Assembly: GCA_963813715.1 (NCBI GenBank)
Contig: CAWFAK010000013.1
Location: 77,523 to 141,522 of the forward strand
DNA from: an uncultured Planctomycetaceae bacterium
GTDB taxonomy: Bacteria; Planctomycetota; Planctomycetia; Planctomycetales; Planctomycetaceae
Direction: 5' to 3'
DNA length: 64,000 nt
Shown one piece after another: positions 10,469 to 20,131 of this stretch. How positions within the stretch are numbered: position 1 is the stretch's first letter; the number at the start of each line of letters is the position of its first letter. A program made the translations under genes and the position numbers. Below the pieces are notes generated by a model that made no database searches, was not told the DNA's origin, and worked only from the letters and a program-made list of their open reading frames with translations.

Positions 10469-11254
10469 TCAGTGCTTGCCGAGCTTTTCCTCGAACAGGC
10501 GTTGCATGCGGGTCCAGGAGCGTTCGTCGGCCAGCTTGTTGTACGACATACCCGGATTGCCGTGCGTGTCGGCGTCGGGAACGGTGAAGCTGTGGCGCGA
10601 CTTGGCGTAGATGTCGAACTCGTAATCGGTCCCCGCTTCATCCAGGGCCTTGCGGAACTTGTGGATGGATTCGTCGGGAATGAACGAGTCGAGCGCCCCG
10701 GTGCAGATCACGATCGTCGGCTTGATCGCCTTGGCCTGTTCGGGAGTTGGCGTGGGCAGCGCCGCGTGGAACGTGATCACGGCGTCGAGATCGGCTCCGG
10801 AATAAGCCAGCTCGAGCACGGTCGAGCCGCCGAAGCAATAGCCCATTGCCGCCAGGTGGGTCGCATCGCATTCGGGCTGTTGCTTGAGAATATCGAGGGC
10901 CGCGTTGGCTCGCTTCTGCCACTCGTCAATGTTCTGCCGCACGTGCGTGGCCATTTCCATCGCTTCGTTGGGGTGCTTGGTGAATTTGCCGTCGCCGTAC
11001 ATATCGCAGGCGAACGCAATGTAGCCGAGCTTCGCGAGCTGGTCGGCCCGGCCCCGCGCGTAGTCGTTGAGCCCCCACCACTCGTGACAAACCAGCACGC
11101 CGGGACGTTTGCCCGAGATGGCGTCGTCCCAGGCCAGATGCCCGATGAACGTCTGGTCGCCGACTTTATAGGTGATCTTCTTCGTCTGCACGGCCGCTTC
11201 TCCCGAAACAATCAGGCTGCCGAACGCGATGAAAGCCAGCACGCAACGCAACAT
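10469..11254 (-). CDS. Dienelactone hydrolase family protein (secreted)
   Basis: HEWWGLN, nucleophile GYCFGG, GALDSFI, HSFT; N-terminal signal peptide. Confidence 0.9.
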   Translation of the reverse strand: MLRCVLAFIAFGSLIVSGEAAVQTKKITYKVGDQTFIGHLAWDDAISGKRPGVLVCHEWWGLNDYARGRADQLAKLGYIAFACDMYGDGKFTKHPNEAMEMATHVRQNIDEWQKRANAALDILKQQPECDATHLAAMGYCFGGSTVLELAYSGADLDAVITFHAALPTPTPEQAKAIKPTIVICTGALDSFIPDESIHKFRKALDEAGTDYEFDIYAKSRHSFTVPDADTHGNPGMSYNKLADERSWTRMQRLFEEKLGKH

Positions 11255-11430
11255 GGTTCACTCCGCAGTCGTAAGGCCAATGAGGCGACCACGAGCGTCG
11301 TCCGCAGACGCCCACGGGCTTGCTCGCGGCGGCTGGGCGAATGATACGGCAATTGACACGGACGGGCGAGCAGCCGGCCGACGCAGCCGGAGCCACGCGA
11401 CGTGACACAAAACTTTGAAGAAAAACCGGC

Positions 11431-11470
11431 TTGACAGCTCGTTGTATCACTGTACTATCAGACTAGTACA
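11431..11470 (+). promoter_or_regulatory. Sigma70 promoter overlapped by a YtrA-type operator
   Basis: TTGACA at 11431-11436 and TACTAT at 11453-11458; perfect palindrome TGTACTA-N6-TAGTACA at 11451-11470. Confidence 0.8.
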
Positions 11471-11546
11471 CGGCGATGGGAACGACCACGCCAGCCACAA
11501 AGTCCTCGACGCGTCGCCGTGGACTGCGGTCGCAACGGACGAAATC

Positions 11547-11942
11547 ATGTTTGTGCATGTCGACCCCTCCAACGGCATCGCGATTTACGATCAGATCGTG
11601 CGGCAGGTGAAATTCGCCGTCGCCAGCGATGCCCTCAAGCCGGGAAATCTCGTGCCGTCGGTCCGCGAGCTGGCCCGCGACCTGACCGTCAATCCGAACA
11701 CGGTCGCCCGCGCCTATCGCGAGTTGCAGGCGGCCAACGTGCTGCAGGCGCTCCGCGGCACCGGGCTCGAGATTACGGCCGTCGCTCCCAAGAAGTGCCA
11801 GGCGGATCGGGCCGCGCTCATTCGCAACCGTTTGCGGAGCGTGCTGGCGGAGGCTCGACAAAGTGGTTTGCCGGCCGACGAGATCCGCAGCCTCGCCGAC
11901 GAGGAGCTGGGCCGGCTCGAAACCCAGAGGGACCAGTCATGA
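11547..11942 (+). CDS. GntR family regulator, YtrA subfamily
   Basis: IYDQIVRQVK...LVPSVRELARDLTVNPNTVARAYREL winged HTH with a short C-terminus; ATGA overlap with the ABC ATPase. Confidence 0.93.
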   Translation: MFVHVDPSNGIAIYDQIVRQVKFAVASDALKPGNLVPSVRELARDLTVNPNTVARAYRELQAANVLQALRGTGLEITAVAPKKCQADRAALIRNRLRSVLAEARQSGLPADEIRSLADEELGRLETQRDQS

Positions 11943-12859
11943 CCGAGGCATTTTCGCTCCGCAACGTCACCAAGCAGTACAAGTCGCAGCTGGCCCTCGA
12001 CGACGTGACTTGCTCCTGCGAGTCGGGCGTGGTCTTCGCCCTGTTGGGGGAAAACGGCGCGGGCAAGACGACGGCGATCAAGATCCTGCTGGGACTGCTC
12101 GATCCGAGCGCGGGCGAGGCCTCGGTGTTGGGGCTCGACAGCCGCAAGCACAGCCTGGAGATCCGCCGCCGCGTCGGCTATGTGCCCGATCAGCCGGCCC
12201 TCTACGACTGGATGACGGTCGACGAAGTCGGCTGGTTCGTCGGCGGTTTTTATCCGCCCGGCTATCAGCGTCACTACAACGAGCTGGTCGAGCACTTCGA
12301 GCTGCCGCCGGGTCGCCGCATCAAGGAGCTTTCGAAGGGGATGCGGGCCAAGGTCTCGCTCTCGGTGGCAATGGCGCATCGACCCGAGCTTTTGATTCTC
12401 GACGAGCCGACGTCGGGTCTCGATCCGATGGTCCGGCGCGAATTTCTGGAGAGCATGGTCGACGTCGCCGCCCAGGGCCGCACGGTGATCCTGGCCAGTC
12501 ACCAGATCGCCGAGGTTGAGCGGGTGGCCGACTACGTCGCGATCTTGCGGCAGGGGAAATTGGTGCTGCTCGAGCAGCTCGACGCGCTCAAAGACCGCGT
12601 GTGCGAACTCACCGTCACGCTCCGCAACGGCGTCCCCGATCTGCCGAATGTGCCGGGCACCGTGCTGCATCGCGAACTCAAAGGGCGGCAGTGGCGGCTG
12701 CTCGTGCGGAACATGGACGAATCGCAGTTCGACGGCTTCCGCATCGCCGAAAACATTCGCAGCGTCGAGGTGCGTCGCCCGTCGCTCGAAGAGATCTTCG
12801 TCGGCTACATGAAAGGCGAGCCGGTGCCCGAAGCGCCGAGCGAAGTGCCGGCCCTGTAA
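11939..12859 (+). CDS. ABC transporter ATP-binding protein (YtrB-like)
   Basis: GENGAGKTT, LSKGM signature, LILDEPTSGLD, H-loop ASH. Confidence 0.95.
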   Translation: MTEAFSLRNVTKQYKSQLALDDVTCSCESGVVFALLGENGAGKTTAIKILLGLLDPSAGEASVLGLDSRKHSLEIRRRVGYVPDQPALYDWMTVDEVGWFVGGFYPPGYQRHYNELVEHFELPPGRRIKELSKGMRAKVSLSVAMAHRPELLILDEPTSGLDPMVRREFLESMVDVAAQGRTVILASHQIAEVERVADYVAILRQGKLVLLEQLDALKDRVCELTVTLRNGVPDLPNVPGTVLHRELKGRQWRLLVRNMDESQFDGFRIAENIRSVEVRRPSLEEIFVGYMKGEPVPEAPSEVPAL

Positions 12860-12987
12860 GCCCGCGCCAGTCACGCGGCGAGGATAACGACGGAATGTTC
12901 AAGGTTGAGCCGCTGAAAATTTAAGACGGTGATTGAAGCGCGGATCGAACCGGGCCAAGTCGGAAACAGCGAGAGCCAGAGGGTCGT

Positions 12988-15900
12988 ATGAGTCGGGCGA
13001 TCGTCGGCCGTATATTTTGGAAAGAGATCCGCGTCCAGCGCGCGTTCTGGTTCTGGATCCTGCTGCTGGGCGCTTTCGTCCAGTTCGTACCCAGGCTGCT
13101 GGGGCGGGACTGGTACATGTCGGCGCTGAGCAGTCAATGGTTCCTGTCGGTCAACATCGTCGTTTCCTGTTGTTTTGCAGCCGGCTCGGCGGCGATCGCC
13201 TTCGCGGGCGAGACCGAGGGGCGCACCAAGTCGCTCTTTCAGCGGATGCCCCTGCAGACCGCCGACCTGCTGGTGGGCAAGGTCGGTTGGATCCTTCTGG
13301 GTACGTACGCGCTGTTTCTGTTGCTGACGCTCAGTGGTGCCCTGTTGGGTGACGGCCGAACCACGTACTGGTCGAATGACTTCGCTCCGCGGCTCGATTT
13401 GGCGATCACCTGGCTGATGCCGGTCCCCTTTCTCGTGGTCGGCGTGCTCTGCTCGCTGGTCCTCCGCGACGTGCTGACGACGGTTGCCGTGGCAGGCATC
13501 GCGACGACCGTGCTGATGGGATCGCTCGCCGGTGAGCACCGGGCTCTGTTCCTGTTGTGTTTCGCTGTTTTGGCGGTCGTCGACGTTTTGGTGGCACCCG
13601 CGTGGCTCAAAGATGCTTCGATTGCACCTTGGCCGGCGTGGCTGCGACGATCGGGCAGTGCGGCGGCGTCACGTGGCCATTCGACATTCAGCGTCCGCTC
13701 GCAAAGCGCGTGGCGGCGGACGGCCAGCAGCCTGATTTGGAAAGAGTGGCATCAAGCGATCGGCTTGACGCTGACGTTGGTTCTCGGCGGAGCCGTCGTG
13801 ATCTCTGTCGTCGCCTATCTTTTCTGGCAAAACGGTCGCAACTTCGAGTTGAGCCTGGCCAGCCTGCTCCCAATGCTTCTGCTCGCGCTGCCGCTCGTGT
13901 TTGGCGTGGCGGCTGGACACTCGGATCGCCGCGACGGGGCGTTTCGTCTGCTGGCGCACCGCGGCGTCTCGCCGAGCGCTTACTGGCTGACGAAGCACGC
14001 GGTCTGGCTCGGACTCGCGCTGGCGACCTGCTGCGGCTTGCTCGGTTGGGAGCACGCGTTGTCCGAATTTCGGCCCTTTGTCAACAGAGTTCGCCTGCCT
14101 CCGTTGTGGGACATCGCACACTCCGCCGCGCACGCGACTTTTCAAAACGACAACAGCAACACGCCGGCGATCCTGGGAGTCGTCATTTTCGACGTCGTGC
14201 TGCTCTATTCGCTCGGCGCTCTCTGTGCGGCGATCATCCCCAGCACGCTCAGCGCCCTCGTGATCGCCATCATTGGTTGGCTGGGACTCTGCTTCTATTG
14301 GTCAGGCGCCGCGTGGCTGGAGCTGGTCGCCTGGTGGTCGCTCGGCATCTTGCCGCTGATCTTTCTGTTCGCCGGTTGGGTGCGGACTCGCGATTGGCTC
14401 GTCGATCGCAATTCGCTGGCGGCCTGGGGTCGCGCGGCGCTCAGCCTGGTCGTGCCGTTGTCCGTTATCGCCGGCACAATCGTGGTCTATCGGGTCACGC
14501 AGATTCCGCCCGTCACTCTCCCGTTGGAGGTGCAGCAGTCTTCGCAGCCAACGACCGTCGCCGTGCATCCGCCCAAGCAGTCGCTCTTTGTCGATGCCAT
14601 GCTGGCACTCACGCCGCGGCCGCCCGCGACCGACATGTCCGCCAGGCTCACGGCAGCCGACGGCTGGAAATACGCGGATGAAGCCACGCGCGATTTTGTT
14701 GCCGCGAATGGGCCTGCGCGACGGCTGGCGCTCCAGGCCGTGCAGCAGCCTCCGGGCGACTTTCCTGCGGAGGCATGGCGGGGGATCGTTCCCAACAACG
14801 ACCGAGGCTTTGCTGAATACCGCAACGACCGAGGCTTTGCTGAATACCGCGACCGGGTCGCGGATCTCGCTGCGCTGCTGCGTGATTCGGCCCGCAAGCT
14901 CGAGTCGGAAAACAAACTGGCCGAGGCGCTCGACAATTACATCGCAATGGCGCGGCTGGGGGACGACTTGGCTCGCTCGAACCGCGTGCCCGCACCGTAC
15001 CATGCTCCGGCCACCGCGATGATGGCCATGGCCGCAATGGATCGGTGGGCGGCGCATCCGCAGCAAACGGTCGAGCTGATCAAGCGGGCCATCAGCGAAT
15101 TTCAACGGTTCGAGCAAGCGGCTGATTTCGGCTCAAGCCGCATTCTTGCGGCGTGGCGAGCCGAGCGGCAACTCTACGACGACTACGTCTGGAAGGGGCA
15201 GAACCCGCATCCGCAAAACCGCTCTGCGGCCGAAATGGGGTTCGTTCGCTGGTGCCTGCCCTGGGAACTGGTGCGGCTGCAGCGGGTGGAAGATGCGGTG
15301 TACGCGCGAGTCCTCGACGAAACGCAGCTCGTCGAGCGCGAGCTGCATAATCGCGGATTTGTGGATGCCGGGCTGGTTTCCGCCGGCCGCTGGGGCGTTC
15401 CCTGGGCGTGGCTGAACACCACCTTCCCACCGCCGGACGAGGCGGTTGACGGAGCCCTCTGGAGAAACAATGGCGAAAGTGTCGTGAATCGTGCGGCCCT
15501 GGCCCGCCTGCATTTTGTCGCGTGGGCGCTGGCCGGTTATCGCCGCGAGCATCAACAGCTGCCAGAGCGGCTCAGCGCGCTCGTGCCCACGTATTTTGCC
15601 TGGTTGCCTGTCGATCCTTGGACCGGAAGCGAGTTTTTATACGAGCCGCAGGGAGTTCCCGCGCGACTCGACAGCGATTTCGGCGATCATCTGCAGGCGT
15701 TACAGCCATTCGTCGCGAGCGCGGGACGTTTGGGCGCCCGCATCGACGTTCGTCAGATGACAGCGGGCCGGGTGCATGTTTCCATCGTCGATCATGGGGG
15801 GAGCCCGGTGGCGACGGAATCCGCAACAACGCCGCTGCAGCTTTCCGGCCCGGCCGTCGCCGTGCCGCCGTTGCCGAGCGACGAGCAGAAATTGCCGCAC

Positions 15901-16062
15901 AGCGACCAGCGTGCTCAGGAGACGCGGTCCCAGAAAAAGCCCCACTCGCCAGCCCCGACCGAGAAGGCGCCGCCCGTCAAAGCGCGCCCAAACAAAGCGC
16001 CTGCCGGGCGATCTGGGATCGATCTCGCAAAGCCGACCGAAAAGGCCGCGCCAGGCAAGTAA
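12988..16062 (+). CDS. ABC-2-type permease with two permease repeats and a large periplasmic C-terminal domain
   Basis: Two repeats starting IFWKEIR and LIWKEWH, each with a coupling motif (FAGETEGRT..LFQRMP; DRRDGAFRLLAHRGV); many TM segments; pseudopilin-like LPERLSALVP..LPVDPWTG segment. Confidence 0.8.
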   Translation: MSRAIVGRIFWKEIRVQRAFWFWILLLGAFVQFVPRLLGRDWYMSALSSQWFLSVNIVVSCCFAAGSAAIAFAGETEGRTKSLFQRMPLQTADLLVGKVGWILLGTYALFLLLTLSGALLGDGRTTYWSNDFAPRLDLAITWLMPVPFLVVGVLCSLVLRDVLTTVAVAGIATTVLMGSLAGEHRALFLLCFAVLAVVDVLVAPAWLKDASIAPWPAWLRRSGSAAASRGHSTFSVRSQSAWRRTASSLIWKEWHQAIGLTLTLVLGGAVVISVVAYLFWQNGRNFELSLASLLPMLLLALPLVFGVAAGHSDRRDGAFRLLAHRGVSPSAYWLTKHAVWLGLALATCCGLLGWEHALSEFRPFVNRVRLPPLWDIAHSAAHATFQNDNSNTPAILGVVIFDVVLLYSLGALCAAIIPSTLSALVIAIIGWLGLCFYWSGAAWLELVAWWSLGILPLIFLFAGWVRTRDWLVDRNSLAAWGRAALSLVVPLSVIAGTIVVYRVTQIPPVTLPLEVQQSSQPTTVAVHPPKQSLFVDAMLALTPRPPATDMSARLTAADGWKYADEATRDFVAANGPARRLALQAVQQPPGDFPAEAWRGIVPNNDRGFAEYRNDRGFAEYRDRVADLAALLRDSARKLESENKLAEALDNYIAMARLGDDLARSNRVPAPYHAPATAMMAMAAMDRWAAHPQQTVELIKRAISEFQRFEQAADFGSSRILAAWRAERQLYDDYVWKGQNPHPQNRSAAEMGFVRWCLPWELVRLQRVEDAVYARVLDETQLVERELHNRGFVDAGLVSAGRWGVPWAWLNTTFPPPDEAVDGALWRNNGESVVNRAALARLHFVAWALAGYRREHQQLPERLSALVPTYFAWLPVDPWTGSEFLYEPQGVPARLDSDFGDHLQALQPFVASAGRLGARIDVRQMTAGRVHVSIVDHGGSPVATESATTPLQLSGPAVAVPPLPSDEQKLPHSDQRAQETRSQKKPHSPAPTEKAPPVKARPNKAPAGRSGIDLAKPTEKAAPGK
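14797..14850 (+). repeat. Perfect 27-bp tandem duplication (NDRGFAEYR x2)
   Basis: AACGACCGAGGCTTTGCTGAATACCGC occurs twice, in frame. Confidence 0.95.
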
Positions 16063-16262
16063 ACGTGCCGTCGTCCGAACGAATTGCCAGACTCGAACGT
16101 TTCACTAACTCCCTAAGTCGGTCCCGTCTTCACAGCCGCCACGAACCGCTCGCCTGCTGCTTGCACGCACGACAGCATCGCCCGCGGTTCGTGGCATTTT
16201 TTGTCCTCCGCTTGCTCCTCTCGTCGCTCCGTTCCGCTGGCTTGACTCCGGCATCCTCGGGC

Positions 16263-16314
16263 TTGACGGCCATACCTAAGCTGGTTAGGCTTCATGCCTA
16301 GTCTGCCAAGGTAT
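16263..16314 (+). promoter_or_regulatory. Sigma70 promoter with a double palindromic PadR operator
   Basis: TTGACG at 16263-16268, 17 bp spacer, TAGGCT at 16286-16291; tandem 21-bp dyads ATACCTAAGCTGGTTAGGCTT (16272-16292) and ATGCCTAGTCTGCCAAGGTAT (16294-16314). Confidence 0.7.
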
Positions 16315-16339
16315 CACGGCCCGACGGGAACCGGAGATC

Positions 16340-16684
16340 ATGGATTCGCGACTCTTAAGCGGCACTGTCGACCTGCTGATTCTCGACGTCCTCGCGCACG
16401 AGGCCAGTTACGGCTACGAGATCACGCAGCAGGTGCTCGGACGTTCGAGCGGGTATTTCCAGCTCACCGAAGGCAGTCTCTATCCCGCCCTGCACCGCCT
16501 CGAGCGGCAGCGGCTGGTGAGCGCCTACTGGGAAGAGGTCGACGGCCGGCGGCGCAAGTACTACCGGTTGACCCCGGCCGGCCGCAAAGAGCTGGCCGCC
16601 AAACGTGAGGAGTGGCAGGAGTTCGCCCGCGGCGTCAACGGAGTGCTGGGTGGCGTGCCGGGGGTGGCCAATGGATTGGCGTGA
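16340..16684 (+). CDS. PadR family transcriptional regulator
   Basis: YGYEITQ...EGSLYPALHRLE...RRRKYYRLT..GR; GGAG RBS. Confidence 0.95.
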   Translation: MDSRLLSGTVDLLILDVLAHEASYGYEITQQVLGRSSGYFQLTEGSLYPALHRLERQRLVSAYWEEVDGRRRKYYRLTPAGRKELAAKREEWQEFARGVNGVLGGVPGVANGLA

Positions 16685-18512
16685 AGCGGCCGCCGGCGGT
16701 CTTCCCGCCCCGCGCGATGATGAGCCGGCCAGCCTGCGGCAGAACATCCTCGACGAATTGGCCGACCATCTCGACTGCGCGCTCGCGCGCGAGCTCTCCA
16801 AGAACATCACGCCTGAGGAAGCGATCGCGAACGTCAAACGCCGCTTCGGCGAACCGCGGGACCTGGCGCGTCGACTCTGGGTGGACGCGATGAAGGATAC
16901 GATCATGTCGAAGCGACTCACGCTGGCCGCGATGGCATTGATGACGGTGATGTGTCTGTCGTCCGGCTGGATCGCGTGGAGCGCCCATCGCGCCAGTCAG
17001 GAAACGGCCGAATCAATCACTCGCGCCAACGGCGCACTCATCGCACAACTGTCGGCGCTTCTGGCGGTCCGGCCCGCGCCGGCTGCCAGTGCCGGTCCCG
17101 AGCGGGCCGACGTGCATTTCCATTTGATCTGCGACGATGCCCAGAAGTCGCCGGCCAAAGGCTTCAGCGGCAACCTCTACCTGTCTGGAGCGGGCTCGTC
17201 GCTCAATCCCTTGCTGCGGACCTCCGACGAACAAGGAAACCTGGATTTCGGAATGCTGCCCGCCGGCTCGTACATTCTTCGCGTGACGGCGCCGTGGAAC
17301 GAGTTCGCGTTCGTCCCCGTCGAAGTTTCGCCCGCCTTTCCGATTACGTCTCCCATCATCTGCCCGGCCCGGGACTGGCAGCCGGCCGACGTCCAGTTCG
17401 ACTTCGAGGGACTACCGTCCCTCAAGGACCGGGACGCGCTGATCGTGTTGCACATTAACGCAGTGCAAGGTCGCATGGTGGGAGCCAGTTATTCCTGGAT
17501 GCACGACGCCGAAACCCACGGCCATACCGCGTACGACGTGGTGTTGGACCCGAACGGTCACCTCCTCTATTTCTCGGAGTGGACTAGCCAGAACAGAATG
17601 TCGCAGGGCGTCGGCCGCATGATGCCTCCCCGCTGGGGCGGCTCGTGGCTCGGCAATGCGCCCGGAGTTCAATTGCAGGCCACGGATCAGTTCTCTTGGC
17701 TGGCGGCCGCGCTCAATCAGAAGCCGCAACCGGGCTTTTTCGACAGGCGTTACGAGATCAGCTCAATTACCGTCCTGCTCGCGCCGGACATTCGCTCGAG
17801 GGCCGGAGAAACCCCCGACCCGAGCCACCTCCCTTTCACGCTGCACACGCAGCGCGGTTACACGCCGATTGCCGAGACGATGATCTCCCCCGGAAATTCG
17901 GAGGCGCCGCCGTTGCAGCCAGTTCACGGACAGAAGAACGTTTGGAGAATTCACCTCTCCCGAAACTTTTCGGCTGAGGTCGATCGCCTGCTGATGTCGT
18001 CCGCCAGTCGTCTACCAGACGCGAAAGACGCCGCCGCGGCAAAGGCGGAATCCACAACGGGGGCCGATTTGCTCAAGTCGCTCGGCATTGCCACCGCCAC
18101 CCCCGATCACACGGCCGACGGGCTCACCGGGTTAAAGCTCGGCGCGATCGCGGACAAGCTGCCGGCCAAGTACGCCGGCTTTCAGGAGGGCGACCTGCTG
18201 CTGGGCGTGAACGGTTGGAACGTCAACACCGATCGCGAGCTGGGCGTGGCGGCGCGGGGATATCCGTTGTCCGCCGACAAGGCCCGCGCGGCGGCCGCTG
18301 CAACGTCGAGCGAGGAGAGTCTGAACGGCGAAGGGATTTCGCCGCAATCGCTCGTCGCGCTCGTTCGTCGGGGCACGGAGATGATGCTCTATGAAGTGAA
18401 GCCTCCCGGCTCGCCGGCTCCCAAGGAGAAGAAAATGATACCGGTCAAACCGGCCGAAAGCATCGTCGTCCCAGGAGGCTTCCGCAATCGTCGACGGTTG
18501 GGGAGCCCGTGA
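16671..18512 (+). CDS. PadR-associated single-pass membrane protein (permease-prefix/HAAS-like N-terminus, Ig-like and PDZ-like domains)
   Basis: ILDELADHL...EEAIANVKRRFGEPRDLARRLW N-terminus, one TM segment, TSDEQGNLDFGMLPAGSYILRV carboxypeptidase-regulatory-like motif, PAKYAGFQEGDLLLGVNG PDZ-like motif; overlaps the padR stop. Confidence 0.75.
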   Translation: MDWREAAAGGLPAPRDDEPASLRQNILDELADHLDCALARELSKNITPEEAIANVKRRFGEPRDLARRLWVDAMKDTIMSKRLTLAAMALMTVMCLSSGWIAWSAHRASQETAESITRANGALIAQLSALLAVRPAPAASAGPERADVHFHLICDDAQKSPAKGFSGNLYLSGAGSSLNPLLRTSDEQGNLDFGMLPAGSYILRVTAPWNEFAFVPVEVSPAFPITSPIICPARDWQPADVQFDFEGLPSLKDRDALIVLHINAVQGRMVGASYSWMHDAETHGHTAYDVVLDPNGHLLYFSEWTSQNRMSQGVGRMMPPRWGGSWLGNAPGVQLQATDQFSWLAAALNQKPQPGFFDRRYEISSITVLLAPDIRSRAGETPDPSHLPFTLHTQRGYTPIAETMISPGNSEAPPLQPVHGQKNVWRIHLSRNFSAEVDRLLMSSASRLPDAKDAAAAKAESTTGADLLKSLGIATATPDHTADGLTGLKLGAIADKLPAKYAGFQEGDLLLGVNGWNVNTDRELGVAARGYPLSADKARAAAAATSSEESLNGEGISPQSLVALVRRGTEMMLYEVKPPGSPAPKEKKMIPVKPAESIVVPGGFRNRRRLGSP

Positions 18513-18545
18513 TTTGTGTGGCTCAAGGTCCGAGCCGGATCGAAA

Positions 18546-18575
18546 TTGACAGCCCGGCCCCGCAAAGTCGACAAT
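18546..18575 (+). promoter_or_regulatory. Possible sigma70 promoter of the DUF1501 operon
   Basis: TTGACA-N18-GACAAT about 40 bp before the ATG. Confidence 0.35.
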
Positions 18576-18615
18576 GGCCCGCGTTGCTGATCACTCACGC
18601 GCGGCGAGCGGATCG

Positions 18616-20027
18616 ATGTGGAACGTCTGGGGAGGTCGGGCCCGACTTTGCGATGGACTGACGCGGCGCGAAGTGCTCCGCATCGGCGGCCTCAGCGCAT
18701 TCGGGTTATCGCTGCCTCATTTGTTGCGCGGCCAGGCCCAGGCTGCGGCGAGCAGCCGTCCCCTCCCCGTGACCAGCCGGCGCGGGCCAAGAGTTGCATC
18801 GTTCTGTTCCTGATGGGCGGTCCGCCGCAGCATTCACTGTGGGATCCCAAGCCGGATGCTCCGGCCGAAATCCGCGGCGAGTTTGCCCCCATCACCACCA
18901 GTGTGCCCGGATTGCATTTGGGCGAGCTGTTGCCGCAGACCGCGCGGCAGGCCCAGCACCTCTGCGTGTTGCGGGCCGTGTCGAGCGGCGACAACGCTCA
19001 TTCCTCCAGCGGTTATTACATGCTCACCGGCCGGCCGCACACGCCGACCAATTTCGAGAACGCCAATCCCGGCGCGCCGAACGATTTTCCGAGCCTGGGC
19101 GGCGTCGTGCGGGCGATGAATCCGACGCACGGCGCAGTGCCGCCCGCGATCACGTTGCCCCATCACATCTTTAATACCAACGGCAGCGTCTGGCCCGGAC
19201 AGGACGCGGGCTTTCTGGGCCGGGCCGTCGATCCTTGGCTGGTCAACTGTGTGCCCAGTGCCGAGCCGTTCCGCATCGAAGGCCTGAGCCTGCCCCGCGA
19301 AATTCCCGCGCTGCGCATGTCACGTCGGCAATCGCTGCTCGCGCAATTCGACCAGCAGTGCGCGGCCGTACTGCGATCCGATCTGCTCACCGCCTTCGAT
19401 GCCGACACGCGGCAAGCCTTCGATCTGCTCTCCTCCGGGCGATCCGCTCAGGCCTTTCGGCTCGACGACGAACCGCAGAAGATTCGCGATCGCTACGGTC
19501 GTTCGCCCTTCGGCCAAAGCGTGCTGTTGTCGCGGCGGCTGGTCGAGGCTGGCGTGAAACTCGTGCAAGTGAACTGGTATCGCTCGGCCGACGAGCCGAT
19601 GGCCAACCCCTGTTGGGACAGCCACACGGACGAAGCCCGCCGGCTGCGGACCGCGCTCGCGCCGGCCACCGATCAGGCTTACTCGGCTCTGCTCGAGGAT
19701 CTTGCCCAGCGCGGCTTGCTCGAGGAAACGCTCGTGGTCTGCATGGCCGAGTTCGGCCGGAGCCCCCGGATCAACGCGGCAGCCGGCCGCGACCACTGGG
19801 GCTCGGTCTATTCGGTCGCTCTTGCCGGCGGCGGCGTCCGCGGCGGACAAGTCTACGGCGCCTCCGACGCCATCGGCGGCCAACCTCGCGAAGGCCGCGT
19901 CCGCCCCGAAGAACTGACGGCCACCGTCTTCGACTGCCTCGGCTACCGGCCGGAAACTCTCGTCCACGATTCGCTCGGCCGCCCGCTGCCGATCAGCACC
20001 GGCGAACCGATCGCCGCCATCTTCTAA
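18616..20027 (+). CDS. DUF1501 family protein with Tat-like signal (frameshift near 18780)
   Basis: CDGLTRREVLRIGG N-terminus; AKSCIVLFLMGGPPQ..WDPKP, YGRSPFGQSVLLSRRLVEAGV, WDSH, EFGRSP, GRDHW. Confidence 0.9.
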
Positions 20028-20029
20028 TA

Positions 20030-20131
20030 GTCCAAGGTCCGAAGTCCAAGGTCCAAAATCGGAAAAATAACTGGAATGCGCGCCTGCCCTGTTGATTCGC
20101 GACGTTGGACCTCGGACCTTGGACTTTGGAC
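20030..20131. repeat. Inverted heptamer tandem arrays (GTCCAAG)x4 ... (CTTGGAC)x4, STRR-like
   Basis: GTCCAAG GTCCGAA GTCCAAG GTCCAAA at 20030-20057; GTTGGAC CTCGGAC CTTGGAC TTTGGAC at 20104-20131. Confidence 0.85.
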
